Source: Planctomycetota bacterium (lineage in GTDB: Bacteria; Planctomycetota; UBA11346). From it: 64,000 nucleotides of DNA. The notes below the pieces were generated by a model. That model did no database searches and was not told where the DNA came from. It saw only the letters and a program-made list of their open reading frames with translations. Every line of letters begins with the position of its first letter. Positions within the stretch are counted from its first letter, which is position 1. Shown in pieces: positions 63,317 through 64,000 of this stretch. A program made the translations under genes and the position numbers. The DNA lies in NCBI GenBank assembly GCA_038231435.1, contig JBBRLJ010000012.1, positions 46,690 to 110,689 on the forward strand, in the 5' to 3' direction.

Positions 63317-64000
63317 TCAGGGCTGAGCGGCCTCGCGCACCCACACCTGCATGTCCCCTGGCTCGCGGTTCTCCCAGGCGAAGTAGGGGATGGCGGTGAA
63401 GGCCTGCTCCACGAAGCGTGGGACGGGAACCGCCGCAGGTTCCGCGCTGACGCGGTAGAGGGCGGGATCGCCGTCTTCGACCGCGCGCAGCGCGCTGCCT
63501 TCGATGACAGTGACGCCGTCGAAGAGCTCGTGGGCGCGGCGCGGCGTCAGGGTGGAGGACGGCGGCAGACGCAGACCGTCGAGGTCGGCTCCGTTGTCGA
63601 CGCCCTCCAGGCAGTACACCAGCGGTCCTCGCGTCAGGGCGACCCGGCCCTCGTCGGCCGAGACGCGGGGATGAGCGCGTACCCGCGTCACCGGCATCTC
63701 GAGGTCGACGCGCACGGTGTCGCCAGCCCGCCATTCGCGTTCGATCGCCGCGTAACCGCGCTCGACGCGCGGGTCGTGCGCCGTGCCATTCACGGTGACG
63801 GTCATGCGTGGCGCCCACGACGGCTTGCGCAGCTTGAGGACGAAGGTCGCGGTGGCCGACGGGAGCACCTCGATATCGACTGTCCCCGACCACGGGAAGT
63901 CGGTGCGTTGGCGGATGACGACATCCCGCGCCGCTGCTCTGCCGCACTCGTCGTGAGCAGCGATGCGCAGGGTAGCCTCGCCCTGCACGTACAGGTGAAC
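63317..64000 (-). CDS. C-terminal part of a GH127/DUF1680-family glycoside hydrolase (beta-L-arabinofuranosidase-like); 5' end outside the window
   Basis: FPWSGTVDIEV, LKLRKPSWA, GYAAIEREWRAGDTVRVDLEMPV, RGPLVYCLEGVDN and IPYFAWENREPGDMQVWV. The frame stays open to the window edge. Confidence 0.7.
   Translation of the reverse strand, partial: VHLYVQGEATLRIAAHDECGRAAARDVVIRQRTDFPWSGTVDIEVLPSATATFVLKLRKPSWAPRMTVTVNGTAHDPRVERGYAAIEREWRAGDTVRVDLEMPVTRVRAHPRVSADEGRVALTRGPLVYCLEGVDNGADLDGLRLPPSSTLTPRRAHELFDGVTVIEGSALRAVEDGDPALYRVSAEPAAVPVPRFVEQAFTAIPYFAWENREPGDMQVWVREAAQP

Overview
This is a very GC-rich bacterial chromosomal window. I call about 52 protein-coding genes, all by eye from motifs in the supplied translations; no searches were run. 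I found no rRNA, tRNA, CRISPR array, transposase, integrase or prophage genes.

Most genes are housekeeping: pyrC, nth, mtnD, recG, an LD-carboxypeptidase, an M20 amidohydrolase, an rlmK-like methyltransferase, nnr, trmH, dinB, a rapA-like SNF2 ATPase, ilvB/ilvH, a DEAD-box helicase, trpF and fpr. Between them sit accessory modules: a TolC/HlyD/MacB-type efflux operon, four PhyH-family Fe(II)/2OG dioxygenases (three paired with AraC regulators), GH20-like and GH127-like glycosidases, two EamA transporters, HEAT and ankyrin repeat proteins, and a Ser/Thr kinase with an LRR ectodomain.

The gene content (pilin-like N-termini, kinase-LRR, HEAT/ankyrin proteins, polypyrimidine leaders instead of clear Shine-Dalgarno sites) suggests a Planctomycetota/Verrucomicrobiota-like organism. 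That is inference only.

The observations most worth a second look are:
1. A three-gene operon (25-5762) of pilin-like proteins of 252, about 1066 and 590 aa. Each starts with an FT(L/A)(I/F)E class-III signal motif, and no secretion or pilus machinery lies nearby.
2. A family of highly structured intergenic repeats of about 105-130 nt: three A copies, two B copies in opposite orientation about 10 kb apart, and GGGGC-NNN-GCCCC-GAAA mini-hairpins.
3. Degenerate heptanucleotide tandem arrays in at least nine intergenic spacers, several arranged as inverted array pairs. They resemble cyanobacterial STRR elements.
4. A DEAD-box helicase whose stop codon overlaps a 75-codon ORF encoding a second DbpA-like RNA-binding domain.
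5. A ferredoxin-MBL fusion downstream of tandem PhyH paralogs.

All start codons are best guesses.
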